Origin: Octopus bimaculoides
Taxonomy: Eukaryota
Direction: 5' to 3'
NCBI RefSeq assembly: GCF_001194135.2
Contig: NC_068998.1
Span: 19,434,554-19,498,553, forward strand
Length of the DNA: 64,000 nucleotides
Below the pieces are notes generated by a model, which saw nothing but the letters and a program-made list of their open reading frames with translations, searched no databases and was not told where the DNA came from. The stretch's first letter is position 1. Each line of letters starts with the position of its first letter. Position numbers and translations under genes: made by a program. This document shows positions 35,812 through 48,178 of this stretch, piece after piece.

Positions 35812-36150
35812 GTTGATAGAATAAGTACCAGTAGAACACTGGGGTCGATATAAATGACTCAGCTCCTCCCCCCAAAATTGCTGCCCTTGTGGCAAAATTT
35901 GAAGCCCTTATTATTATTACTAAGGCAGCAAGCTGGCAGAATCGTTAGCATGATGGATGAAATGCTTAGCAACATTTCTTATGTCTTTACATTCTGAGTT
36001 GAAACTCCGCTGGGGTTGACTGTGCCTTTCGTCCATTTGGGGTTGATAAAATAAGTACCAGGTGAGTACTGGGTTTGATGTAATTAACTTATCCCCCCCC
36101 CCCAAACTGCAGGCCTTGTGCCAAAACTTGAAACCACTATTATTATTATT
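35812..36150 (+). mobile_element. Two tandem SINE family 2 copies (first one partial)
   Basis: Shared central domain and (ATT)n tails. Confidence 0.75.
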
Positions 36151-36161
36151 AAACATGAAGT

Positions 36162-36485
36162 AAAGGCACGCGGTTTAGTGGTTAGTGCATTTGGCTCACA
36201 ATCGCAAAATCACAAGTTCAATTCCTGGTGGTGCATTGTGTTCCTGAATAAGACACTTCATTTCATGTTGCTCCAATCCACTCAGCTGGCAAAAATGAGT
36301 TGTACCTGTAGTCCAATGGGACAGCCATGTTATATTTTGGTGTATCAGGCTGAATCTCCCTGAGAACTAGATTAATAGTACACATGTCTATGGAGTGCTC
36401 AGCCATTTGCACACTGCTTTCATGAGCAGGTCATTCCATTGATTGAATCAACAGGAACACTCATTGTCATAACCAACAGGGTGCC
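36162..36485 (+). mobile_element. Degenerate SINE of the same chimeric type as 26350-26640
   Basis: tRNA-like head, CTCCAATCCACTCAGCTG centre, family-1 3' module. Confidence 0.7.
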
Positions 36486-36634
36486 CAACTGGCCATTAAA
36501 CTTTACTTATTTGGTGTCTTCCAGGTGTCAATAAAAGTAATTGACAATCAAGTACAGGGATTATCATAAGCAACTGTGTTCCTTCCACAAAACTGCTGGC
36601 CTTATGCTAATGTTATAGATTATTATTTTGTATT

Positions 36635-36845
36635 AAGGCAGTGGACTGGCAGAACTGTTAACACATTGGATAAAATGCTTAGCAGTATTTTTTCTGGCTC
36701 TGTAGGTTCTTAGTTCAAATACTACTGAGGTTAACTTTGCCTTTCAACTTCTTGGGGAAGATAAAAAAAGTACCAGCCATGTAACTGACTACTCAACCCC
36801 TCCAGTTGTTGGTTTTGTGCCAAAATTTGAAACAATTTTTACTAT
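36635..36845 (+). mobile_element. SINE family 2, degenerate
   Basis: Same domain order. Confidence 0.65.
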
Positions 36846-37359
36846 TATTTGATAAATTATCATTAATGATGTACAACTGTTGCATGCAGTTCTTGATTTG
36901 GTTCAGTTATATACTATCCAAGACATTGGAGATTACCAGAACTATTAAGTTATGAAAAGGCCATCAATGTTTGTAGCAGGTCAAACAACTGTATGGCAGT
37001 TTCTTTGTTGGCTTCAATAATTTCAAGAATGACTAAAGATGGAAATCTTGCAAAGATTAATAAAAATGTTTAAGATATAAAGTTTAACCATTTGCCTGTC
37101 AAAAGCATTTTCATAAGTTTGTCCTAAATGTCCATGCTGGTATTCAAACTTTTAGTTAAACCTTGTTTCATATGTTCTGAGTAATATAAAGCTTTCCTCT
37201 CACAGATATGAAGTTACTCTCAGGGTTGAAGATAAATTGGTAATGTGTATCATATATGATGCATGATGCCAGAGAAATATGTTCCATGTATCATATATGA
37301 TATACAGAAAGTTTCTTTTCTCTATTTACCACTACCAAAAATGTAAAACTGTAGCATAC

Positions 37360-37511
37360 CACTTCATCTTTTCCCATGTAAAGTGTTGCTGATAAGCTGT
37401 TTAGTGTAAACTTGAACTTCATAGAGGTATAAATTTCCCCGGTATGCACTTTAGTTTCTGGTTCAACATGTGCCTTTGAAGCAGTAGCCTTAGGTGTAGT
37501 TCTGGATTCAG
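37360..37511 (-). CDS. VPS13: VPS13 exon 18 (ESRTTPKATASKAHVEPETKVHTGEIYTSMKFKFTLNSLSATLYMGKDEV)
   Basis: 152 nt, phase 1 to 0. Confidence 0.9.
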
Positions 37512-38208
37512 CTAAAATAGAATGATAAGAATGTATAGAGCAACATAAAAGAAAAAAGAAGAGAACACAAATATAAGTGCACATTATTCTGCTTTATAAA
37601 ATAAAAAAATAATGAACTCATTATATACAGTGCTCAGGTGCACTACAATTCATCTAGTATCCTACCCTAGAATATAGAAAGTGGTATCTATACCCTAGAA
37701 TATATAAAATGGTTGAAAAGTTTAAAGGAAATTTTATGGAAAAGTCTGAAATTAAATTGAAACGTCCAAATCTATTGCTGCTCTGCAAATGACACACACA
37801 TGTAAACTATTTCTCACATGTGCCACATGCAATAGTTTGATATATATTGAATTGAAAACTGAGATAATTCTTGCAATTAGAAGATAAATGTTCTATGTGA
37901 TTGTGCATAAAGTCTAAAAATAGTAAATAAAGGAGGTAGCTTGAATAATATCAGCTGAACCAATTTTTTTTTTCTTTTTGAAGATAAAGACAATACAGTA
38001 AGGGTTAGATCTTGCCTTTAAAGTTAACTTTTCTTAATCAGTGTCACTCTTTTAATGATTATTAAATAAGGTTTGTAGCATTTTATCTAAATCCTTTTCC
38101 AATTTATTTTATTTGGTTAATCCATTTCTGTACTGTTTCAATGATTCCAACTTTGAAAGATCTTCTATCTATTTATCTAGACAAATAAATAATTATAATA
38201 TTCAAATA

Positions 38209-38588
38209 TTGTTATACCTGGAGATGGTCATATTTTGTCAATTAAACACACAGTATATATGTTTGGTCTACACTTAAGCTTTATTATTATTATTTTAGTT
38301 TCTTTATCAAAGCTCTTTTGTCACACATCCTGTGACCTCTTCACTGACTCTTTATTCTACTTGTCTCATCTTGTTCAGTTTGTTTCATTTTGTCTTTCTC
38401 TGAGAAAGACAAATGGAATAAGCAGAACACAAACACATGGGATAAGCAGTCGTTGAAGAGGTCACAAAATGTGTGACAAAAGAACTTTGACAAAGAAGTT
38501 AAAATATTAATAATAAAGCTGAAGTGAAGACCAAACATATATAGTGTGTATTCAATTGACAAAATATGACCATTCCCCAAAATAACAA
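38209..38588. repeat. Foldback inverted repeat (~380 nt) with decayed hammerhead-like cores in both arms
   Basis: ~140-nt arms are reverse complements; central TTTGTCTTTCTC-T-GAGAAAGACAAA hairpin. Confidence 0.88.
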
Positions 38589-39599
38589 TGTCTGTTTCAA
38601 CACACAATTTCACATAAAGAATCTTGCAAATTCAAATGTTCTGTCATAAACAGTGTTTGATGCAGTTCATAAGTGTCTGAATTTATATATTTTTTCCAAA
38701 CCAAATGTACAAACTTAGGTGTTCAAATGAGTTATTTAAGGAGATGTTTCTTAATGTATATTCAACAATAAAGTCATGTATGGGTTTGTTGTTGATATAA
38801 ATCAATAGTAACTGACACATATGAGCTATCAAAATATTTGTACATTTTAGCTTCCTAACCATATATCCCCATTAAATTCATTACTTTCTTCTTTCATCTG
38901 TGTTTTACTCCTGTTATCTCTACAATGTCTGCTTAAGAAGATCCAAGATAAACTCTTTACTTTTCATCCTTGTTTAGATTTTTCATTTAAACTTCAAATC
39001 ACAGACTATTGACAGTTCCAACAGAATATCAAATGAGAATCAACCCACAAAACTGACTCCAATCTCACACTGTGCAAGAACTACAAGTACTACCCACTCT
39101 AAGATGGAATGATACAAAATTATTCATTTCATATAAAGATAAAAACTAAAATTGTCGTTTCTTGAATCACCAAAGCCCACAAGGCAGTATTACATAGATG
39201 AAAGAGACATGTTTCTCTGAAGAATATGCCTGCCTAACAAAGAAAACTTTTCATGAAAGCCTGTTAATCTAAAGTAGGGAAATTTGTTTAAAGAAATACA
39301 GCTAAACACTTGTCTGAAAATAAATATAAAAATATGACTATCCATTTTTGCTTTATTTTAAACATTTAGGTTGCTTCCATCACTAGTTACAAGCATTGGG
39401 TATCACTGAGCTTAAACTGAAGCTCAAAGTCTCTGTTTAGAGTTGCAAATGGGATCATTTAGTTGTGAATCATTTCCACTCCCTGACAAAATTAGATGGT
39501 TCTTTACTGATGAATTACACACAATAAAAAAAAAATAGTATCTAGATTAAATCCACTTTATACTGTTCAATGACATTTTACATACAAGTAGTAACTCAG

Positions 39600-39870
39600 A
39601 TGATTTGTTTCTTCTCTCTGCTTGTATCTCTACAACTTCTGACCTCCTGAACTATCTATCCCTGTATAAGCCTCCACATACCTTTCATCTTCCATTCACC
39701 CTCATTGTTTCTTATCTCCCCAGACCTTCTCCTCACTACACATTCCCCCAATCTTTCTTAGAACTTCTATATTATGGAATTCCTTTCCTACCACAGATGT
39801 CCCAAATGAACACTGACTGTATCATTCTCCAAGGACCTATCAAAAGGCTATGAGTACTGCTCCTTTTCCT
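39600..39870 (+). mobile_element. CR1/L2-like LINE C-terminal remnant
   Basis: RTSILWNSFP resembles the RT..LWNSLP C-terminal motif. Confidence 0.45.
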
Positions 39871-39924
39871 CTGAATAACTGATTAAATACAAACAACAAA
39901 CCATTAATAGCAGAATATATTTAC

Positions 39925-40042
39925 CACTCTTCAATGAAGACAAGTCTTTTGAAGGATCAGCTGAAGCAACTGGCTGCTCTTCTGAAAAGTTTTCATTTAA
40001 TATTGCCATAATTACAGCATAGTCATACTGGCTAACGCAAAG
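39925..40042 (-). CDS. VPS13: VPS13 exon 17 (LCVSQYDYAVIMAILNENFSEEQPVASADPSKDLSSLKS)
   Basis: 118 nt, phase 0 to 1. Confidence 0.92.
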
Positions 40043-40391
40043 CTGAAATAATAGAGATAAAAAAAAAAATGAATAATTAGAGAAATAAACACTATGTGCA
40101 TATATTGCCTTGTCCCCAAAATTCATTAAAAACAATTGTGAGTGGTGAATGGGTTTATTTAATTAAATTTTTTTATTATTCAGAGGAGAAAAGGTGTCGA
40201 GAGAAAGAGACGAAATTATCATTAGACTGGAGATGTAATTAAATAGTTACAAGAAAATGGACCCTGCTAAAGACATCAAGTGAGGTTTTGCTGTAGTTAT
40301 GGAAGTACATTCACCACAACCTTCATTTCTTAACTTGTTACTCCCTCCCTCCCTCTAGGCAATACTGGCAATACAATATAAGTAATACTAT

Positions 40392-40590
40392 TAAGGTGGC
40401 GAGCTGGCAGAAATGTTAGCATGCTGGGCGAAATGCTTAGTTCTGAGTTCAAATTCCGTCAAGGTCAACTTTGCCATTCATCCTTTCGGGGTCAATAAAT
40501 TAAATACCAGTTGCATACTGGGGTTGATCTAATTGAATGGCTCCCTCCCCCAAAATTTCAGGCCTTGTGCTTAGAGTAGAAAAGAATATA
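40392..40590 (+). mobile_element. SINE family 2
   Basis: Head GGCGAGCTGGCAGAA and central domain. Confidence 0.8.
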
Positions 40591-40706
40591 AGTAACACTA
40601 TTGCATCAATGAAGACTGGATCTTTGGATATGTTTGTATCACATTCCAGGCAATGATATCTGTTCATTCTCCTCTAGGCATTCCTTTAATACTGATTTCA
40701 AAGTTT

Positions 40707-40850
40707 GGCACCTGGTACTTTATCAATCCAGAAAGGACAAAAGGTAAAGCTGACCTCAACAGAATTTGAACTCGGAACGTAAAGACAGATGAAATGCTGC
40801 TAAGCATTTTGCCTGGCGTGCTAAAGATTCTGCCACCTTGTTGCCTTAGG
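40707..40850 (-). mobile_element. SINE family 2, inverted relative to the 40392 copy
   Basis: Reverse complement of head and central domain. Confidence 0.75.
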
Positions 40851-40988
40851 TCTTCCTTTTAATATTGCAGTTAAGTCTTATAGGGCAAAGTTCTACTTTA
40901 ATGCCAAAAGTGGCAGTGACCAACAGTTTCAGTTGATCATTAAAGAAAAGGAAAAAAAGATAGCAAAGACGTTTTGAAATGTACTTAC

Positions 40989-41139
40989 AGCTAAAGCATA
41001 TTGTTTGCCATCAATACTCATATCTGGTTCCCCATGGTACCAGCCAGCAGACAGGTTCCTGTTAACATTTATACTTAATGTAGCAGGCTCTAATAAAAGA
41101 TATTCTGTGCATATTTTCTTTTCTTCATTCAACATAGCT
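40989..41139 (-). CDS. VPS13: VPS13 exon 16 (AMLNEEKKICTEYLLLEPATLSINVNRNLSAGWYHGEPDMSIDGKQYALA)
   Basis: 151 nt, phase 2 to 0. Confidence 0.93.
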
Positions 41140-41809
41140 CTGAAAAAATAAAAGTAAATATATCATTATAGATGACAAAACAATTTCAAATGAATAAAAG
41201 AATCATGACGCTGTCTATCAAACTGTTGGAAACAAGAAGCCAAACCTCACCTTAACAAAAGGAAAGACACATTGAATGATATAGCCCCGAGATATAAAAA
41301 GATGGGAAGGTTATGGTTGGATGCCCTTTCAAACACTAACTAGTAGCACTTAGGAATTAGAGTTGTTATACATTCAGTGTGTATATACAGTAGTCACAAG
41401 GAAAATATCGTTCAACAAAATTCTTGTGCATAACAACCAAAAATTAGAGGTAACATTTGCTACCAATAAAATTTGAAGTCAGTTATGTATCAAACATGAC
41501 TGCCTTTACTAAACTGCAGGCTTATTACACAACCCATCAATTTATTTGTTACAAATACTGAATTAGGCTCTCCATTGGTCAATGTTGATCATACATTGGC
41601 ATATGCATGTGCAGACCTGGACAAAATTTCTTCTGACAGACTGGTAGATGCCCCATGCTTGCAAGTTTCCCCTCTGCGTTTTATGGATGCTTATCCAAAA
41701 TAAAAGGTTGCAAACTTGAGCCAACACAGCTTGGCACCATATCATCCCAGCTGTTACTGTCAGAAAGCAAGGAGCTGGAATAGATACTGCAAGGTATCTC
41801 ACTAGACTC

Positions 41810-41985
41810 TCTGAAAATTCTGCCAATCCACTGCCCTTGATTGGTAATTATTTTTTTATTAATTTCAAAAGGATGAAAGGCAAACTTGACTTTGGTAGGA
41901 TTTGAACTAAGAATGCAGAGAGTCAGAACAAATACTGCAAAACATTCTATCAAATGCTCAAATAGTTCCATCAATTTGCCACCTT
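41810..41985 (-). mobile_element. SINE family 2, degenerate
   Basis: Reverse-complement central domain and head. Confidence 0.6.
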
Positions 41986-42340
41986 ACAAATATTGGTATA
42001 AGACAAACCCTTTTACCGAGGAGAACAAATATTTCCACTCAAGATTTCATAATCCTTAATTCTAGAAAGCAGTTTTATACACCAACACCAATCTATTTTT
42101 TGTTGAGGAAAGTCATGTTTGAAACTATTTTCTGTTGAGATATGTCAAGTTTATTGAGGCAATGTGACTTGCAGAAAATACCACTTCTATCCTTTGTAAG
42201 ATATTTACATCATATTGAAATAACCATGAAATTTAATTTCACATAAACCAATGTTGAAAATGAAATGCATACATATATTTACACACACACACACACACAT
42301 ACACATACAAATATATATATGTTGAGAAAGAAATACAAAC

Positions 42341-42648
42341 CTTGACACCTTCAGAGAAGTGAGTTGAATACTCATTTTGTCAATAACAGCGGGTTTGCCA
42401 TCTGCTGATTTGGCCTCAGCTGAATGGAAACTATTGCTGATGTCCAAGTTACCGAGATCGACCAATAAGATGTTGGGAGACTTTGAGTGTTGCGGAACAA
42501 GAATAAGAGGTGCTTTCATTTTGATGCATAGACCAATTCGACTGGCAGTTTCTTGTAAGCTGGCCACAGTTTCTTTGGAATATTCAGCCATTTTCTCTCC
42601 AGCTTCAGAAATTTTTTCTTTAGCTGCTTGGAATTGGTTTAAGAAACC
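42341..42648 (-). CDS. VPS13: VPS13 exon 15 (GFLNQFQAAKEK...KMKAPLILVPQHSKSPNILLVDLGNLDISN...TSLKVS)
   Basis: 308 nt, phase 0 to 2, conserved APxIxVP..DLG repeat motif. Confidence 0.95.
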
Positions 42649-42982
42649 CTGGACATTGATGAAATACAGATTCATTGAAACTTTAAAATTATCAAATGAG
42701 TCAGAGAGAGACATTACATAATAACATACAAAATTATTGACTTTTAGCATTCTCTGAAAGATATGTGGGTGGGCTGAAAAGTTCACAGGCTGACTATGAA
42801 CGAGTGATGCTACAGCTGTGAAATACTACATGTATTAATTTCAATGTTTCTTATTAATAATTGCATTGTTTCTTTCCAGGTAAACTGACATTGGACTTCA
42901 AAAGTAACTACTAGTGACTTCTCTTACATGTGCATGTGTGTGTGTGTATTGTCAGTAAATCAAATCTGAAAGAGAAGCACAC

Positions 42983-43226
42983 TCTAAGTTATAGAGCAGT
43001 AGAGTTATTAGATAAAGATAGTTGTGGTTAGTCTAAGGGGTTACCCAGTGTTTCATGTCCATAAAGTACTTAGCTTTTACAACATCTCTTCAGACAATGG
43101 CCACCAGCCAATGTCTGAAAAGATGCTGTAAAGCTAAGTGCTTTATGGACGTGAAACCCTGGGTAACCCCTTAGACGAGCCATAACTATCTTTAACTAAT
43201 TATATAAGAAACTTGCTATAACCTAG
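42983..43226. repeat. Foldback inverted repeat with hammerhead-like cores in both arms
   Basis: 43013-43194 forms a near-continuous ~85-bp stem centred near 43103; outer arms also pair. Confidence 0.88.
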
Positions 43227-43564
43227 GCAACAGCAGAAGATACATATGCAAGGTATCACACAGAGGGAGTGAACCTAAAACTGCATTATTGCAAAACAAA
43301 CTTCTTAATCACACAGCTGTGTCATTGCTTTTCAAGAAATTCTAATTAAAACACTGTAGAAAAACAAGAACTACATCATCAATAATGATATGGATAAAAT
43401 TAAAATTTAATGTTTTAATCAATAAATTAATTGCAACTGTTTTATTTCTTAATTTGAATTATCTATTTCTAAGGTCATTTATTTTCCACAGCTTGCAGTA
43501 ATTTGCTAACTCCTTTCTTACTATGTACGAAAATATTTTTCTATTGAAAATGACCTGACAGAGT

Positions 43565-43791
43565 TTAACCCTTTTGCCTCCAGATTGCTGTGCCAAATGT
43601 AATGTTTATTTATTCACATTGTTTTTGATCAATCATGCGTTATCTTGTAGTTTCAAGATTTCAATGATGACTGTCTATTTTTAGAATGATATTATAGAGT
43701 AGGTGTGAGAGGCCAGATCTGGTTGGTTTGAAAATAAAACAAGTAGAATATTTGGGGCTGGGTATGGCTGGTTTAAATGCTAAAGAGTTAA
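43565..43791 (+). mobile_element. piggyBac-type MITE family A (partial second copy follows to about 43940)
   Basis: TTAA ends, consensus body. Confidence 0.82.
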
Positions 43792-44065
43792 GTAAATATT
43801 GATAATATCCTCTACAATATTTGCATTATAGTTTTGAGATTTCGATATGATATGATTATTTATTTTTAGAATGACATTATAGGGTAGGTGTGAGAAGTCA
43901 GATCTGGTCAGTCTGAACACAAAATAGGTAGAATATTACACTGGTAGAAATAGGTAGAATTACACTGACTTTTGAAATGCCACTGCATTAACTTAGTTGA
44001 CAATTTATAAAAACCAGGATGGATATTAGAGATAAAATGGAAAAAAAAAGCTTTTAGAAACTTAC

Positions 44066-44233
44066 CAATAGCTGATTAACATACTTGTTAAGGAAGACAA
44101 ATTGCATACATCCTATCGTGACATCAATGCTAGTATCAACGCAAGACATGTTAAAGAATTTGTCACCTTTTGTCCCATTATTATAAGCCACAATTCCACA
44201 TTTCAGTACTTCAGAGCCTTTGATTGATAAAAT
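44066..44233 (-). CDS. VPS13: VPS13 exon 14 (ILSIKGSEVLKCGIVAYNNGTKGDKFFNMSCVDTSIDVTIGCMQFVFLNKYVNQLL)
   Basis: 168 nt, phase 0 to 0, tttttcag/GTAAGT. Confidence 0.93.
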
Positions 44234-44300
44234 CTGAAAAATTTAATTGAAATTTAGAAAAAAAAAAAAAACAATAAAACAGATAATTGAATAACTGAAA

Positions 44301-45570
44301 TTATTGGATTAGCAAGAAAGTAATTTCGGTTTTTTTACTGTGAAAGAAAAGTCATTTTTTTAATACAAAGAATGAACTTTAATCAGTTATATATTTTTCA
44401 TTTTGTTCGATGACCCTTTGCCATCTTTCTGGCAACTTCATGATTCTGCACTCATAGAACTTCTGGTCCTTAGTCAAAAACTGAAGTAAGTGTAATTTCA
44501 AATCATCATCATTATTGAAAGTTTTACCCTTCAAAGAATTTTGCAAACTTCAAAATAAATGGTAATCTGATGGTGCAGGGTCAAGGCAATATGGTGGATG
44601 TGACATCACTTCCCAACCAAGCTCCAATAACTTTTCATGAGTTAGCAAAGACATGTGTGGTCTGGCGTTGTCATGGTGGAATACAATGCCTCTGCGATCT
44701 GCCAATTCTAGCTGTTTTTCTTTGATTGCTTCTTCCAGTTTCATTAGTTGTTGACAGTAAACATCTGAATTGATCGTTTGGTTCCTTGGAAGTAGCTCAA
44801 AATACACAACACCTTTGTAATCCCATCAAATTGACAGCACTACCTTTTTTTGATGCAATTTAGCTTTTGATGTGGTTTGTGCTGGTTCATTATGCTTGGA
44901 TCATGATTGTTTCCGATTGATGTTATTGCAGACAATCCATTTTTAATCACCAGTGAGGATTCGCTTAAAAAGAAAAAAAGTCGATTTCATTGTGTTTGAG
45001 ATGCATATTGCAAATATTGATCCGTTGTGTTAAGTGAATCTCTTTCAATTCATGTGGAATCCAAATACCAAGCTTCTTAATGAGTCTAAGACATTTTAAG
45101 TGATTTTCAATTGTTGTGTGTGATACATTTAACCTCTCCGCAACCTCTCGTAAATTTGACAATCAGATTCAATGATGGCTTTGATTCGGTCATCATCAAC
45201 TTCAGTAGATCGACCAGAACATTGGTTATCTTTGAGTGAAAAATCTTCAGAACAGAATTTTTAAAACTATTTCTAATATATGTATTCAGTCAAGCAATCA
45301 ACAGCATAAACTTTACATATTTCTTTATGAGCCTTAGCAGCTTTCTTGCCTTAAGGGAAATAAAAAAGCAAAATATGATGAAAATGTTCGTTTTTGCACT
45401 CCATGTTAAAATTGACACAGAACTAACAGCTGTACACAAAATTACGCACAATTTGCTTCTAAAGTAAGCTAAAAGTAACGGCTATCAAACGTCAAAAGGA
45501 AAAAAAATCATAACATTGACAAAAGTTATTCAAAAAAATTGTAACTCTATTTGTGAAAAACTCATGATGG
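44301..45570 (-). mobile_element. Decayed mariner transposon (second subfamily)
   Basis: WIPHELKE, FHHDNARPH, HPPYCLDPAPSDYHLF; left TIR TATTGGATTAGCAAGAAAGTAATTTCGG, right TIR degenerate. Confidence 0.88.
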
Positions 45571-45849
45571 TGGTTTAAGCTCAGCACTGCAAATTGACAA
45601 AACATTTGCCAATTTTACAGTGACCTTGCTGTCAACAATTGTGTTTTCTACAATATTAAGGTAGTTGTTTATAGGTTGGTGCACAGGACACATTACCTCA
45701 AACAAAGCTATAGATCCTCATCAGTTAATCCTTTAGTGACTGTATTTCTTATGAGTAGGCAATCTATGCCTTTTCATTTTTTTTTCAATGTAACAAAAAC
45801 TTTGAAAGAATTTAGTAAAATATCTTAACAGCTACAAGGGTAAAGATGA

Positions 45850-46385
45850 GGCCTAAGATAGAAACAACTATAGAGGTATCAACCTGCTAGACCAAGTCAT
45901 GAAGATTACTGAGAGGGTTATAGCTCAATTGATTAGAAATAGAATTAAACTAGATGAGATGCAGTTTGGTTTTGTACCTGGGAAGAGTGCCACAGATGCC
46001 ATCTTCCTAGTGAGACCACTGCAGGAAAAGTACCTGGCCAAAAGTAAGCCATTGTACTTAGCCTTTGTTGACCTGGAGAAAGCTTTCAACAGAGTTCACT
46101 GCTCTGTTATATGGTGGTCTCTAAAGAAGTTAGGAGTAGAGGAGTGGCTACTACTGCTTTCGTAAAAAGCACTACTAACTTCACCTGTGCTTGTGCCACA
46201 TAAAAAGCACTAAGTCCACTCTGCTGAGTGGTTGGTGTTAGGAAGGGCATCCAGCTGTAAAAATCCTATCAAGACAGTTACAGAAGTCTGGTGCAGGCTT
46301 CTGCCTGGCCAGTTCTTGTGAAACCATCCCAGCCATGCTAGCATGGAAGGTGGATGTTAAACAAAGATGATGATGATGATGATGA
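45850..46385 (+). mobile_element. Internally deleted RTE LINE (RT domain fused to 3' UTR)
   Basis: DRNNYRGINLLDQVMKITERV..QFGFVPGKSATDAIF..AFVDLEKAFNRV, then 3' UTR and (GAT)n tail. Confidence 0.9.
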
Positions 46386-46638
46386 GTAACTTTTTTTATA
46401 TATATCAGTTTATTGTGTTGGTGTTAACCAAAAAAATCTCTTGATATGATTAATACTTTAATGATATTTTAACAATGATTTCAATTTACATATAAACAAT
46501 TTAGAATAAGTGGTCATAAACAAGTTGGTATTAAAAGGGTTAATGACTAAAAATTTGGTGTATATTATGTAAGCATTAAGATATGTGACAGAAAGCTTTT
46601 TTTTCTTCTTATGTATATAAATAAAAGGTCAAACATAC

Positions 46639-46742
46639 TTCAGGGTAATAGCATTGAGCATCTGAGTTTAAGATAACGAGATCCTTCAGTTCAGCTCCGA
46701 TGGTTGTTTTGTCAACTTGAAGACTGACATCAGCATTTATAC
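46639..46742 (-). CDS. VPS13: VPS13 exon 13 (INADVSLQVDKTTIGAELKDLVILNSDAQCYYPE)
   Basis: 104 nt, phase 1 to 0. Confidence 0.9.
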
Positions 46743-47339
46743 CTGTCGTAAAATAGAAGTTAGAAATCTTGACATCTTTAAAAACAGTGTAACAATACAT
46801 ATAAACCAAATATCCAAAATACCATAAGGATACAGCAAGACTGAAAGATAACAAGTTTGTTTTGCAACCACATGGTCTTGGGTTCAATTCCACTCTGTGG
46901 TACCATCAACTTCAGTTTGACCCAAATCTTGTGAGTGAAAATAGGTAGATAGAAACAGCATGAACATCTGTCAGATGGATTGTAGACATAACTTAAAGGT
47001 CAAGCCTTGTCATACTGCATTACACTGATGCAAACTAATTAAAACAAAACATGAAGTGTGATTCTGCAGAAGAATTATATTACGAGATGTGTCTGTGGAA
47101 TATTCAATGGCACAAGTGTCATTTCAAGGAGCAGATTGTTTAGTTTGTCAAACAACTGAATACCCATTGTTGAAAACCAACAGAGATTTGTCTTATATAT
47201 GAATCCAATATCTAAATATTGTAGTGCTGCATATGAACCAAGTATGTAAAATACTATAGTGATAAGTATCGTGTGAGATGTTTACTACAGTAACAACATA
47301 TCTGTAGAATTACACTTATAAAACCCACCACAACATCCA

Positions 47340-47690
47340 GTCTACATTGCAATGTGGTGTCTTGTATGCCTCAATGACCTTAAGAGTTATGCCAGTGGAG
47401 TGCAAGCTCTTGGCTGGGTCATTCATGCTGAACAGATCAAAGGATAAAGGCCAGTCTATTATGGACCACCTCTTCCAAGAGATAAAAATGGGTTTGCATA
47501 AGGCCAACATCTCCAGCTACAATAAAGCAAAAGTTACAGAAGCATCAACGGCAATTCAGCACCAACAAAGCCTGAGAGAGGAAGGCTTTCTCTTCGGGAA
47601 ACATGACAGGCCACACCACGAGACAGTCCAGAGTCAAGAACAGTGGAGAAGAGTTAATGATATATATGAATTTTTACAAGGAAAAGGTTG
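47340..47690 (+). mobile_element. RTE/BovB-like 5' UTR fragment, second copy
   Basis: Aligns with 13050-13330 over about 250 nt. Confidence 0.55.
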
Positions 47691-48061
47691 ACAGTGACTT
47701 TAAAGTTTTGACTTACTAGCTGTCACCAATTTGTAGTTTAGTTTGGTTTTTAAGTCTTATATATAGTGCTTTTAGCAGGGTACTCCTTTACTGGTTAGAA
47801 CAATGTATATGAAAATTAGGTGTGGTATAAGTGAGTTTGTAGGCATAAAAAGAGAAGGGATTGTGTATGAAGTGTGATGGAGGAGGGAAGGAGGTTAGTA
47901 TATGTTTGTAGGGAGTGGGTGGCGACTACTTCCAGTCAATGAAAGTAAACAGTAGGATCCACAGAAACTAATAATGGTCATTGTTAGTTTACTATTGTAT
48001 GCTGAACAGACTAAATAACTGATGAATAAATAATTCTTAGTAAAATAATGAGATTACATAC

Positions 48062-48178
48062 CTTTCACCTTGATCTTAGTGATAAGTTGAGTTGGTGAGG
48101 AAATGCCAACAGTAATTGTATCAAGTTGAGCTGTAACTTTGATGTCGATGATTCCTCTGTCTCGTAATTTTCCCTTTT
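48062..48178 (-). CDS. VPS13: VPS13 exon 12 (KGKLRDRGIIDIKVTAQLDTITVGISSPTQLITKIKVK)
   Basis: 117 nt, phase 1 to 1. Confidence 0.9.
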
